NCBI GenBank assembly: GCA_051362555.1
Contig: CM120645.1
Span: 24,208,934 to 24,272,933, forward strand
Source of the DNA: Lingula anatina
Lineage: Eukaryota; Animalia; Brachiopoda
Length of the DNA stretch: 64,000 nucleotides
Direction: 5' to 3'
In this document: positions 39,801 through 52,596 of the stretch, one piece after another
Layout: each line of letters opens with the position of its first letter
Numbering within the stretch: position 1 is the stretch's first letter
Position numbers and translations under genes: made by a program
Notes under the pieces: generated by a model
Told to the model about the DNA's origin: nothing
The model's database searches: none
The model's input: the letters and a program-made list of their open reading frames with translations, nothing else

Positions 39801-42800
39801 GAAGATGACTACATTTAGAGTACAAGTTTTCTGGAGTGAAAAAAGAAAAAAAATGATAGAAATCCAGAATTAGAAAAGGCAACTAAGTTTAAGATGTAAG
39901 GTTAAATGGACTCTTAGAGATCCCAAACTTATTTTTGCATGTTTGAAAGAAATCTTGAATGTCTGAATTTTAAGTGGATACAATGCAGATGTATTGACAG
40001 ATTAATAAGTAAGATAATATACAAAAATGGAACAAGTCTTTTCAATATTTTTTAATAAAGTTCAAAGTCATAAAAGTGATTAAATCAAACTGCATTTTAT
40101 ATTTGTATTTTTAAGATATATAGCAATGATACAAGTTAGGTAATGGCATTGAAAAGGTTTAGTGTTTGGCCAATCTGTGTAGCCTAAATTTTAAGAGATC
40201 TTTTATTTGGATACCTAATAATGATGCAGCCAAAATAACAACCCTGCTGAAAATATGTATTCAAACCATGTATAAAGCTAACTGTAAATATGGACAAAAG
40301 AAAATAAATCAATGGAAAATCTCTAAAGGATCATCCAGATTTTTTTTTCTCAACTAACCCCATCTATACGTCTGATCAAATTTATTCTTTTTATTCAAGT
40401 CTAGATACTGTACTAGCATTCCATGGTTGTAAAAAGACCCAAAACTTTAATGGAATCACCCAGGTAATTCTGATAGTATGTGATGGTGCAACAATTTTTT
40501 ATATCAAAATAATTTTTTATGACTTGTTCCCATAAGGTGGCTTGAAAATTCCATGTTTGCAACATTTGAAATACATTAATTGAATAAAAAAGCATGGTAA
40601 TTGGAGATTATACTTGACTCTTGAAATGAGAGATGTCAATGAATTTAGGTTGTCCTAACCAAAACTAAATGTGTGCATTTTTTTCCTTTCCTTGGATAAA
40701 TGAGATAAGAAAACTTAACAATGAACATTAAATGGAATACTTATGAAAATGTAATCAAAATGTGTTCTATTGGAATATTTTGTGCCAGTAGTTGTCTGTG
40801 CCTTTAACAAACAGAACAAATGCTATCAACAAGTTGCATTTTGATAGCGTCAAGATATGACCATTGGTGAAAAATGCAATTTTGAAAATGAAAAAAACAT
40901 GAATATCAAGTTTTACCTTATTAATTTAGTCAGTTGAGGTACAGTGATGGTTTTTTAATGTAAAAAGAAATTTTGAAAAGAAATGAAGATAGAGTTTCTC
41001 TATTATGATAAAGTCAAGATATTATCATTGTTGAAATAAGAACCTAAACATTTGCAATCATTTAAGAGTAAAAAGAGCCTTTCCAAACAACTGCGTCGGG
41101 TATAATAATGCTTATTGCAACCAAGGGACTGCAGTGTTATCTGATGGGGAAGGGTGTTTTTGAAGACGTTTTGTTTTCCCCACAGTGTAATTAATCATTC
41201 TGAGTGCATTAGAAATCAACCACAATAGCACGAAGTTTCTAAGATTTTACCACCAGATATTCAGACAATACCTTACAATATTAAAATTCAATACTATAAA
41301 AGAAAAAAAAACTTGAAACAAACCTCCCTTTTTGTTAACAAAGGACTTGAATGGTGTTGTTTGACTTGTTGATTATTTTTTAATTTTCCAAGCAAATGAC
41401 TTGAGTCTCCCCACCAGTAATACTGCCTTATTTGAAAACTTATAAAAGCTTGGATGGAAACTTAGTAAGGTGGTTCTGTGTCCAGGCCTGTTCAGATTAC
41501 TTATTGAGCAGACTTCTTGTCTCCACGACCAGTGCTCTAATACCCCTGTCAGACATGCTGCACTCACAAAGGTGTGTTGTAATAACCTCTGCGCCAACGA
41601 GAGGGAGGAATATTACATCCATAGAGTGGTTTTCTGAATATTTTTTGAATTTTCAAAATAATAGTTATTTTGGGGGTTACTTATGTATTCTTGAGGTCAC
41701 TTCTTTTTGCAGAAAATGGATTACCTTGCTCAGCCAACTTGGTTAAATGTTTAACTTTTCAACTAGATATTTTTTTCTGACCAAAAAATAAATACTTTTA
41801 TAAATTTCATTTTACTTTGACTAAAGACATGGTTGCCTTCTGCATAATTTTCTCCGAAGGTGCACTGTAAGATTTTAAAAATGTGAAAAAATTGTACTCT
41901 GTAGTTGGCTTGACTTTTATTCATTAAAATCATTCAAATTTTGTTGTTTACAAATGAATTGTTTTGTACCTACAATTATGTGTTCTTTGTCAGGGATGAC
42001 AGTATTTTTACTTGAATTTTAACATTACTATTTTGATAAATTACACAAATGCCATAAAAGAGATACTTTTAGTAGAACCTTCCTCACTGATAAACATTTG
42101 GCATTTAATACAATTTGGTGCATTACATCAAGAGACTGAGAGACTAGATGGGTGTCACTAAAGCATGTTTAACTAAAATTAAAGAAATTAAGACACAAAA
42201 GCTGTTACAAGAAAGAGCCATGTACATCAGCCGACAAGAGACATATCCCAATGAATGACTTAATAAGTCCAAATACCAGGGTCTAGGCACCGTATTGGAA
42301 TCATAATGGATGGTCACTAAAGGGATAATGAGTCAAATTAGCAGATGATATGTCTAAGTCAACAACTCTTTAAAAGGACAACATGAATGTATCCAGAATC
42401 TATTTCTTGGGGGAGAAAATTTGATGGAAATACTGAAATTATTATTTTTTTTAATTTGTTTTTACTACAGTAAAATCACATCAGATTGTAACAAGTTACA
42501 TATGACATTGTAACCATATAAAATTACATTGTAAGAAGTAAACATAACTTTGTAACCAAAGAAAATTACACTGTATCAAGTTACTTAACATTGTAACAAA
42601 ATAAAATTATTTAGTAATAAGTCACAAGTTTATTTTCATTCTTTCCAAAGTTATCTGACCCATTACCACATTTCACAAATGAAATTTTTAAAGGCATGTT
42701 ATTAAAAGAAGATACATGATAGCCATATGGATATTGTCAAAGTGAAGATGTACTCTATAACTCTGTATTTTTCATAGGTCAAAGTCCTACTTATGGAATA

Positions 42801-45800
42801 CTTAAGATAATTTTCGTCTAAATAACAGCACAGTGATTTTCTTATAGTATCTTGGGGTTATGACATTGTACCGGATGGGAAGTTTATCTTATAAATCTGA
42901 TTTTCCATTGTGTTATTGAAATCATGTATATTCTTTACTTTCAAAAATCTTCCTCTTGTAAAAAAAAATAAGTTTTTCAGTGATGACTTAGCCATAGTTC
43001 TTCTTTCTCTATATCTCATATAAAATATTTTTACCACAAAATTTCTGGAACATGATTGTCAAACAATAATGTTCAGAAATGATTACAAAGAAAGACTGGT
43101 GTTTACCAAGCTGACCTCAGTAGCAGCAGGCAAAGTTAAAGATTCAAATATGTGTGGCAATTTATTGACAAAAACGACTTGAATTATGTACCTGTTAAAA
43201 CCAAACAGGGCCACTGAAAGCAACTGTTATTACGATGGAAGGAAGGATGAATTTCACCAATATAATTTCGGTGGCTCCATGCACAGTGGGAAGGTGATAG
43301 TTAAACTACGGAAACATATTTTTTTCAGGTGGCACGTGGGATACCATGCAGTTCCGCCTAGTCAGCGCTGCTGTAGTAATTTCCCCTACACATATATCTT
43401 ATCTCCTGCTCTTGATTACAACAATGAAGTCATCTTAGTTAAATCAAAGATACTGTTTAAATTATGATTTCATTACATTTTGGTTAAGCCATTTTCATAC
43501 TTCACGTCTCTGCAAGACTGCATGGTTTCTTAGCAAGATTGTTTATTGGCGTTGTACTGTCTGAATTCAACTTGGTAGTACTTTGTTTTAATAGAAACTT
43601 TGGTGGTAAAAAGTGACTTCTCTTGTTTTAGCTTGGTGTGTGACTAAATATAGTTCAAAATATTGCATTTTTCAACTTTGCTGTTGTTTTTTCTGTCTTT
43701 ACTTTCCTTGGGCAATTGCCGCTCTCTTGATCTCTCTCTTTTTGCTTACTTTCTCTCTCAGTGTTAGACCTTTACTATTTTCACTATTCTTTTTTTATTT
43801 TTTATCTTAGAATTTCTCATATCCATCTTTCTCGAATCATCAATTCCCATGCAATGGTATTTTTCTACTCATGAAGTGAAAGATTGCAGAAAATCATCAT
43901 TCTTGTTTTTCACACTGAACAAAATCTTTCAGGGAATCTGCCGTACACCCCTCCCACTCCTACCACATGGAATGGCGGACTAAATGGCAGAAATAATTTC
44001 TGTCATTTCCCTCAGCCAATCCAGTGTAACATTGTGTAAACCAGCCTTCCCACAGCTGACAGAAACAACTTCAAATTGGCATTATTGTCTTCTATTGATC
44101 CAGCCAGGGGGAGAAGCATAATACTGCACAATTATTAGATTATTTCCAGAGTTTCTTGAACTCTTTTGTCTTGGCTTTGTTCTTGCTGGAGTAGATTTCC
44201 CTTGGTAATTAATTTGGTAAAAAGTCTATGGAGTTTGTGGTATTCTTTGCCTTCAAGTGTCACCCAGCTTGGATGTTATCACTGAAGTAATGATAGTGTT
44301 TGTTATTGTAATTCATTCTGTCTCGTCTGGAGGCATCCTTCAAGATTTTTCAGCAAGTTAAAACTAGGTTCATTTTAGACACTGAATCTCTTTTAGAAAA
44401 TGGTGGGCCTGTCCTGCACAGCAGCCCCCCTGGTGGTCGAAGGGGAAATTCGATTAGAGCATTGTCTTGGATATTTCATTTCCAATTTCAGTGATAATCA
44501 CTCTACTCAAATGTGCTGCTTCTGGATCTTAGCAGGGGCTTTTGATTTAGTATCCCATTTATAGAAGCACTAAGTGGTGTGAATTTTACCAAGAGGGTAC
44601 AATTGATTCAGTAACAGATATAACGCTACCGTCATCGGAGTCAACTACAACCTTGTACGTCCACTGCAAACCTATACACTGGTTTTAAATAGTTTCCTCC
44701 GCATAAGATTTTTATCAGAATTTTTTGCACCGATCAATGTCAATTGGGAGTGGCACACTGCTATACAGTTCATGTTGGGAAAAGAAACTGGCTCTTAAAT
44801 CCAATTAAGCGTAGTGAGAATTGATTTTCATCATTCTTCGTATACTGAAACAGGAGGCAAGGAGAAATAAACAAGAGCTGAGCTTTTAAGTCTAGTTACC
44901 ATAATCCAAGCAAGCCTTAAGAATACACCCTAAGCTTACTTGAAATCTTCATATGTATGTAGGATAATATTGATATGTGTTTCTTTTATTTTATCAAAAT
45001 TTCCTGACAGTGATTTGTCTCACTTGAAGCAGGGAGGGCCAATTTAAAAAGTGATGCTTAAAGACAAGTAAGAAAGTCACAAACATTTTAGGCTTTGTGA
45101 AGAAGTTTTCATATTATTGTAAAGTGGGTTTTGTGATTGACAAACATAACATGAATTAAATATTGTAACTTCTTTAGTAATAAATAAAAATGCAATCCTT
45201 ATTAGTTTCATTGGTGTTTTGTTCCATTGATTGATCCCTATGCCTTCTAAAATACTTTATTTATTTGGTTCAAACTTTATGATGAGATATATACATAGTT
45301 ATGTGAACATTAACTTCACCTTAAAGTAAGGATATTCAGTCCAACAGATGATTTGAAAAATTCATTTTTAAATAAGAGGACTAAAACATTTCTTATTCTG
45401 GAATATACTCTAAATTTATTTTTCTTCATTTTAGTTCCTTTACTGTTTACCCATCTGATTCTTCACCCCCAATGTATCAACCCCTTGTTAGTATACATGA
45501 AAAGTTTTTAAACATTTAAATAAAAAAGTGTTTACCAATAATGAATATCGAAAATGAAAAAGTGAAGCTTGAATGAAGAACATAACAGCAAAAAAGAAAA
45601 AGAAAAAAAATCCTCTAGAAATATATTTTAAAAATAAGAAATTGCCAGTAATGCCTGAATAACTGGTAGTAATATCTTCAGTTCCACGAATTTGTGCCCA
45701 CCCTCTTGTTTCCCTCCTCCCTTGACCCTAGTAATTGTCCTATCTGTAGCCACTAGAGGGAGATCATAGTTTGGCAGCTCTATAAATGTTTAATTACTGC

Positions 45801-46712
45801 TGGTAATTGTCCATTAGGCGAGGGATTGCTCCAGTCAGATCCAATTGAAGCTGTCAGGGGCAATTTTTCACTCTCCTCTGAGTTGCTCCAATGTTGTTTT
45901 TTACTCTTACTCCCCAGGTACTATCTTAACTGTCTGCTGCAGTTCACTGGACATGAAGGCAGCAACAGTTAAAAGTTCTGTCTGTTTTGACCTTGGAAGG
46001 TTTGGTGAAATTATGTTTATTTTCTAAATTTGAATTTATATATATTTCCTTGTTTTTGTTTTTTCTTTTTTTCTGATTGTGTGCATTTTGTTGTTATTTT
46101 GTTTAGAATTTTGGTGAGTGATGGTGCAAAGCAGAAGATGTTTTTAAAGCTTTTACAAATTTCATTGACATGACTGAAAATGAAATGTGTTTAAGTTTAA
46201 TTGATTAATCAGATAATATTTAAACTTAAGTGAATAAAGGTTTGATCATATTATTTAACCAGCAGGTAGGAGTTCCTTGAAGAATAATGGTCACATTGCA
46301 GGTATTTTTGGGTGACTCGACTTTTAAAACATAAGTATCAGTTTGACCAGAGAAATGTGACATCAGCACCTTATATTCTAATTTCAAAAACTTTGACAAA
46401 AACTTTCTGTCCTGGTTGGAAACAAGCACCAAATCAATGGATAACAGCAGATTTTATCACTTGTCATCAAAATGGGTTTCTAATTTAAAAAAAGCCATAA
46501 CAACAGGGTGGGGTTTTTCTCTCATCCACCCCCCAATCATCCAGTACAACCTGGCCACAGGTACCTCCCCTGTCTCCATGTTACAGTGTACTCCATACAC
46601 CAATTAGTAGTTACATTTTTTTTTTATCAAATTCCATGGATTTAGGAACCTTGCCATAATAATTACAACCCCCCCCCCCCGTCTGGAGCCCTGTGTTAAG
46701 AGAGCAGCCCAT

Positions 46713-46713
<1 letters not shown>

Positions 46714-46754
<41 letters not shown>
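46714..46754. repeat. Poly-C run (~40 nt)
   Basis: Directly visible homopolymer. Confidence 0.9.
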
Positions 46755-46755
<1 letters not shown>

Positions 46756-48015
46756 CCGTCACTGCTTTGATTGTCAGGTTAGTAAAACAAATGAGTTCCC
46801 TTCATCAAAAAAACACCTGATACTTGTGCAAGTTGGTGAACCTTGTTCTTTGTAATTCATTCTTTATTTTTTGTTTGTGTATTGGCCTGTTGAGAGCAAG
46901 CGGGGCCAGCTCAATGTACTATTACTCTGCTCTGACTCTACTGGTGGGGAAGACTGTTGTGGTTCTTCATAATACCACTTTTAGTCAAAAAATTCTTACT
47001 TAGTAAATCTGTAGATTTAAAAAATATGAAGATTCACTTGTGATGGTTTTCTCTTAATATTACAAAGACAGTTATGGATTTTACTAGATAAAAGTAAAGA
47101 ACATAAAAGTACTGATTTTTTCTATAACCTAAGATTCTTAAAAACTAGTTCAGAAAGTAACATAAAATCTTAACTATTTATTTATTTTTGCTATATAAGT
47201 ATCAAGTATCCTGTTCCCTTAAAAACCATCAAGCATATTTTCCTCGTTGTCTCTTTGATGTTATTTTCATCCTTAAAATTTGTCAATCGCCTTAAAAAAC
47301 AATTCACACTCTACCTCTAATGACATACCAATTAAACCAAATACTTCCTCAACATACATTGGTTTTTTTTTTAATTCCCAAACAAAAAAAAATGAATAAT
47401 TTTGGTCACCACAAATACCTCACAAAGAAAAATATATGGTTTCTTATCTTAGTTTTAAGGACATTATACAAGTGCAATAACAAAAAGGCTGTGGTTATAG
47501 TGAATTGTATAAAACAATTATCAAATAGTTCACGTAGCACTTACTATATTTCTGAATGAAGGGTAATTTGTTCATGTCATGGATAGGAAGATTATAAGTA
47601 TAATTAGCAACAAGATTATTTTGTTGGGGTGTGTTGTTTAAAAAATGAATGTAATAGCTTAGAAAGATGGAAATATGTATATGTCAGGTAAATAGGAATG
47701 ACTGACAGGGTTATTAATTGCACTAAAGCTACTATTATTTACAAAAAAGTCAGACAACCACAAAATGACTCTCTAGTTTGCCCACTGGGCTTTTCATGAT
47801 GAGAAATGGCTATTCTAAAGCAAGATGTTTTCCATTATTTGAAATTTATAGTGATAGTTTTATCCATTAGCAAAATAATATTGAAAAAGAAAATAAGCAA
47901 CAAATCTGAGAACATATTTCATGATAATTTGATGGACAACATCATCCATTTTTAAACTTAAGGATAAAAAATTGCCCCACTTTCTTCCAAAACTGTGTAA
48001 AAATGATCCACTTTA

Positions 48016-48019
<4 letters not shown>

Positions 48020-48094
<75 letters not shown>
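48020..48094. repeat. (AT)n microsatellite
   Basis: About 37 perfect AT units. Confidence 0.95.
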
Positions 48095-48098
<4 letters not shown>

Positions 48099-50362
48099 AG
48101 TTATTACAAAAGGAAAATGGGTTCAAAATACATATGATGAGGTGAAGAATTGACTCACAGCCTTATTTTTATATTTGGGCTTGAAGGATAGATTTGGTAA
48201 ATTATAGCATTTGGAATCATCTCATGTATACTTTGGTGGAGAATCCAATACCTATGGTTAGTCTTTCAACCAGACGCTATGAGTAATTTCTAACTATCCT
48301 TTTTTATTTGTTCATTTATTTTTATAATCATTATTCTACTATTTTCCCTATTTTTATTTGGAGGTAAGGAGTTAATTTGATTGGCTTCATCACAGGGGGA
48401 TAGATGCTTCCATAACAACAAGATAAAAAATGGTGGTGAGACCAATGTTTATGATACTTAGCACTGTGTACTTATACAGCATTTATAGAGAACACTGTAC
48501 TGTCATGGCATTATTTCTGCTAATGTATTCACTGTAACAGAGAGAGGAGGGGAGGCATTTCTTCTTTTATTTTATACATATTTTTTTTTAATTGATGATT
48601 TTATTTGGAGAAAAGAAATTTATATCTGTTAATGAGAGAAATTTTTAAAATAACAAAACAAAAAAAAAAAAAAGGGAGGAAGGGGGGTCCATGTATTTCT
48701 GTCTGGTTTCTCTCCAAAAATCCACCCCACAATGCCTGCCAGATTAATTTTTTTTTTTTTTTAGAAATAAGGGTGGGTCCCTGACGGTAGCTGTCTGGTC
48801 CACGGGTCCCAGTACCTTCTGGTGCTTGGTAAGAGGCCGACTGCCGCCCCTGTGTGGTTTCTCAAAGGTCAGAGGTTGGCTGCTAATGGCGCTATCGTGG
48901 AGGCGAGTGGAACAATGTCATACATGACGCGGCTGGCTGGATGCGAGGATGGCGGTATTGCCTGACTGATGGTGCTTTCCTGGCTGTCAGTGTGAGGGTG
49001 AGGTTAGGTAAGACTCCAGACTGGAGATTGAATAAACTAGAAGTGGGAGGAAGACCTTGATCCTTTTACTAAAATACATCTCCCACAGGTCTGCCACAGG
49101 CTCTCATTAGTGAAATTTCTGGAATATCTTTTTTCTTTTTCATCAGAAATTTTTGAAAAGAATCCAGGTTCAATTAACTTTGGGAGGTATATCACAGTGA
49201 AAAGTATTTTATTTAGTGAAATACATTCCCATTTTATTTTATCTTTGCCCATCTAAAGTGTGATTTTGAAAGCATTGCTCAGTCTCTTTTAACAAAATTT
49301 TATATTAATTATAGATAAAAAAATGAATAAGTTTTTATGAAAACAAAATAAAAATATCAAATTCAGAAAGAGTAAAAAAAATAAATTCCATATTTCTACA
49401 AGGAGACATGCAGAGAATACAATGTAAAGTATTGATTAATTTGGCTGCCAACTCTTCCCAAAAATGTTAATTCCCCCTCCTGTCAGTGGCAAAACATCAT
49501 GTGAAGAACAGGTGTCTTTTTCTTATCCGTGTGTTGTCATTTGTTCTAATATGTCATTTAAGAGTCCTCCAACAAGTAAGCTGCATGTTTTTGCTCCCAT
49601 TATTTCACCATATTCAAACAAATGAGTCGTGGAAAGAGTGCAGTCCACATTAGATCCGTATCTGGCATGTATTTACATGTTTATAACATGCTGAGCTGGG
49701 TTTACATGCATCTCCTATTTTAACATCAATTTAAATGTTTTCTTCGCTGGTATATCTGTAGACAGTAAAGCCTTGGTCACTCTGCTGGGGGGGTGGGGGG
49801 GTGGGGGGGGGATGGGTCAACACGACCCCCCCCCTTCACTGGACAGTCTCTTGATGTCCAAGGACAGTTTAAGTTAACATCTTGTCTTGTATAATCATGT
49901 TTCAATGCACCCAGTCGTAGAGTTTTTTAATGTAGATTAAAAGCTTTGCTTCAATTTATTTTGAAATGTTCTTTTTAAGCACCATAATTTGTCAGATAAA
50001 TTAATGTAGTGAGTGCAAAATACAATGTGACCTTGAAAGATTATTGCAAGTGACTGAATATGTAAATGAAAAATGTCCATACAATTTTTTTTTAAATTTG
50101 CATCTTTAGTTCTATTCTTTAGCATTACGACATCCCAAAAATGCAAAAAAAAAAAAAAAAGAAAAAAAAAATTTGATTTGTATCTTTCTCTTTCCAATTT
50201 TCGTCTTGGAAGGGAAAAGTAGTTCTGAATATTTCATCAGCCGAAAAAAAATATTTTAAAATAATAAGTTATCACACTAATTAAGAATATACAAAAAACA
50301 AATAACTCATGACAGAAATGATTTAAACAAAGCATGTTTTAATTTTTTAATCATATTTTTCT

Positions 50363-50368
50363 TTTATT
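50363..50368 (-). promoter_or_regulatory. Candidate polyadenylation signal of GATA1/2/3 (3' UTR ~1.85 kb)
   Basis: AATAAA on the minus strand with U/GU-rich sequence downstream. Other hexamers exist, so the site is uncertain. Confidence 0.3.
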
Positions 50369-52200
50369 TGAGCATCAAAGAAGAGTTGCACATAGTGAAC
50401 AAAGTAAGACTGCTGTCATATTTGAGGCAGTAGACAAGCTGAGAGACTAGAGAACTTAGCATTAAATAAACCATACAGAACACAAGACTGAAATTGTAGC
50501 TAAGAGAGTCAAAACTGCATTCTTAAGCAACACAAATATAAATGAAGTAGGGTAAGGTGATTACAAAGCTAGTAGACAGTTCATCTTAGAGCATGGTACA
50601 GAAAACTATAAACTTGCTACAAGACATGGAATGTTGTGTTTGTTTTGGTATTACAAGACTCACTGTAGACTGAAGATGGTCTCACAAACTAGTTGGCATA
50701 AAAATGGGATCAAAATTTAAAAACTCTCTCTTCACTGCTAATTTGTGAAGATTTTATCAACTAGTCAAAAGTCAAAGTACTCCCACATTTTGGAGCACCA
50801 TATGAAGTCATTTGGCATATACATCTGTCCATTTCTACAGTGAACCTGTTTATTATGGTTTTAGAGTACAGTAAAAAGTCACAAAAGTACGCATTGCACA
50901 TCTTACACCTCTGCTAGTGATGGGTCACAAACTTAGAAGTCAGTACCTACTGGGCTGTGCCTTGTCAGTTTTATTTTTCTTAGAATAGAAAAATAATAAG
51001 CAATTTGAGATGAAAATCTAGACCTAGAGGCAGGTTCTCAGAAACACTGGCAAGTTTCAAATGTCATATACACTTTCAGAGAACAGAAAAAAAAAATAAA
51101 TCAGATATTCAGAATAAAATGCCCTTCATTCCAAATTCCATTAAAAAATATCAGACATAAAAACTACTTACAATAACACTATTTACAATGAAACTTGACA
51201 CAAATATTTACTTCTCCTGTTCAAAAATGGAGATCACACGCTTTATAAATAAAATATGTAAGTTAAATTTACATTATTACAACTACTTATTAGACAACTG
51301 TACAAAAAAGTCCATGTCCACTTGAAAAATGCTCGGAGAAAGTGACACTGAAAAATATTTTACATATTTTCTTCCTGAAAGTAAGGAAATTAAATAAAGA
51401 TTTACAGCCCCTGTTGCCTCTCCTCCCCCCCCCCTCCCGACCCTCATCGTGTCACTTAAGCAGAACATGATATTTTAAAATGACTAGTTTTTCGTGTGTG
51501 TCATTCTAATATGGAGCCTGAGGTGATTCTTTACTTTTGTCACTTTAACTTTGGCGTAGTAGGACAGGCACCAGGTTTTACCTGAACAGTCACTCCTTTC
51601 CTCCCCTCTGTGGTCTGAAGCTACCTGAAGGACGCTTCAGGTAGTAACCTAACCGTCACTTAGCATATTTTGAACAAGCAAAAAACTATGATCTCCTCAC
51701 ACCCCCTCTAATTTTCCACTTGTTAAATACACTTTAAAGACAAAAATAAGTTACCGATATTTTTCTACTGTTGCACAGTGTACGTGTTTGGGACTAGCAC
51801 CAGTTATTTGAGTACACAATGCGGAACTCCACTTCTAGTATAATACAGCAGCACAAATAATACACCCTTGTCTTTTTCATGGTATGTGTAACCTGTGCGT
51901 CTTAACGGTACCTATATATGTACCATAAATAATATCCAGCTTTCAGTTCTACTGATCACTAGGAAAAATTAACTTAACAGCCAACTTTTAATCTTTCTAA
52001 ACTCCGTCAGTGACTTGGCAGTTAAAAATATAATAAATAGAGTAATATAATAATAAACGACAGACGCGCCGTTTATTTAATGCTGCTAGAAAAAAAAAAC
52101 TTGACATTTCTGCAGAAAGTTTACGTAGCACCTTCACCATGGCTCTACTGAAGAGACATCCTTCTGTAGTTACAGTTTATAAAGTCTTCAGAATCACGGC

Positions 52201-52596
52201 CTATGCTAAGGCCCCCACCATATTCGTGGAGAGATTTAGTCCTGATGACGAGAGACCCGGGTAACCGGCTGATGATAGTCCGTAAGAAGATGGTTGAGTG
52301 TATCCGTAGCTACCGGCAGAGTAGCCGCTGAACCCGCCGTGTGAGACCATCTGGTGAGAGGGGGGTGTCATGTAGGATCCCCCCAGGGATGTCTGAGGCA
52401 TGTACGTCGGCATGGGGGTGTGCATGGTAGGGGTCATGTTTGGTGGAGAGAATGGAGAGAAAGATTTGCTGTCCATGGGTTTCAGGAGGTCACTCATCGA
52501 GGAACCGCTGAGGCGTTTGTTCTTTTTACTCTTGGTGGACATCTTTCTGTTACGAGTTTGGATGCCGTCTTTCTTCATTGTCAAAGGGCGATTGAC
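52201..52596 (-). CDS. GATA1/2/3: GATA1/2/3 transcription factor, last coding exon (basic region and C-terminus)
   Basis: tctccag acceptor. [20 protein letters not shown], with QTRNRK diagnostic of the GATA1/2/3 class. C-terminus NMVGALA* resembles the vertebrate GATA2/3 ending SMVTAMG. Confidence 0.96.
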   Translation of the reverse strand, partial: VNRPLTMKKDGIQTRNRKMSTKSKKNKRLSGSSMSDLLKPMDSKSFSPFSPPNMTPTMHTPMPTYMPQTSLGGSYMTPPSHQMVSHGGFSGYSAGSYGYTQPSSYGLSSAGYPGLSSSGLNLSTNMVGALA

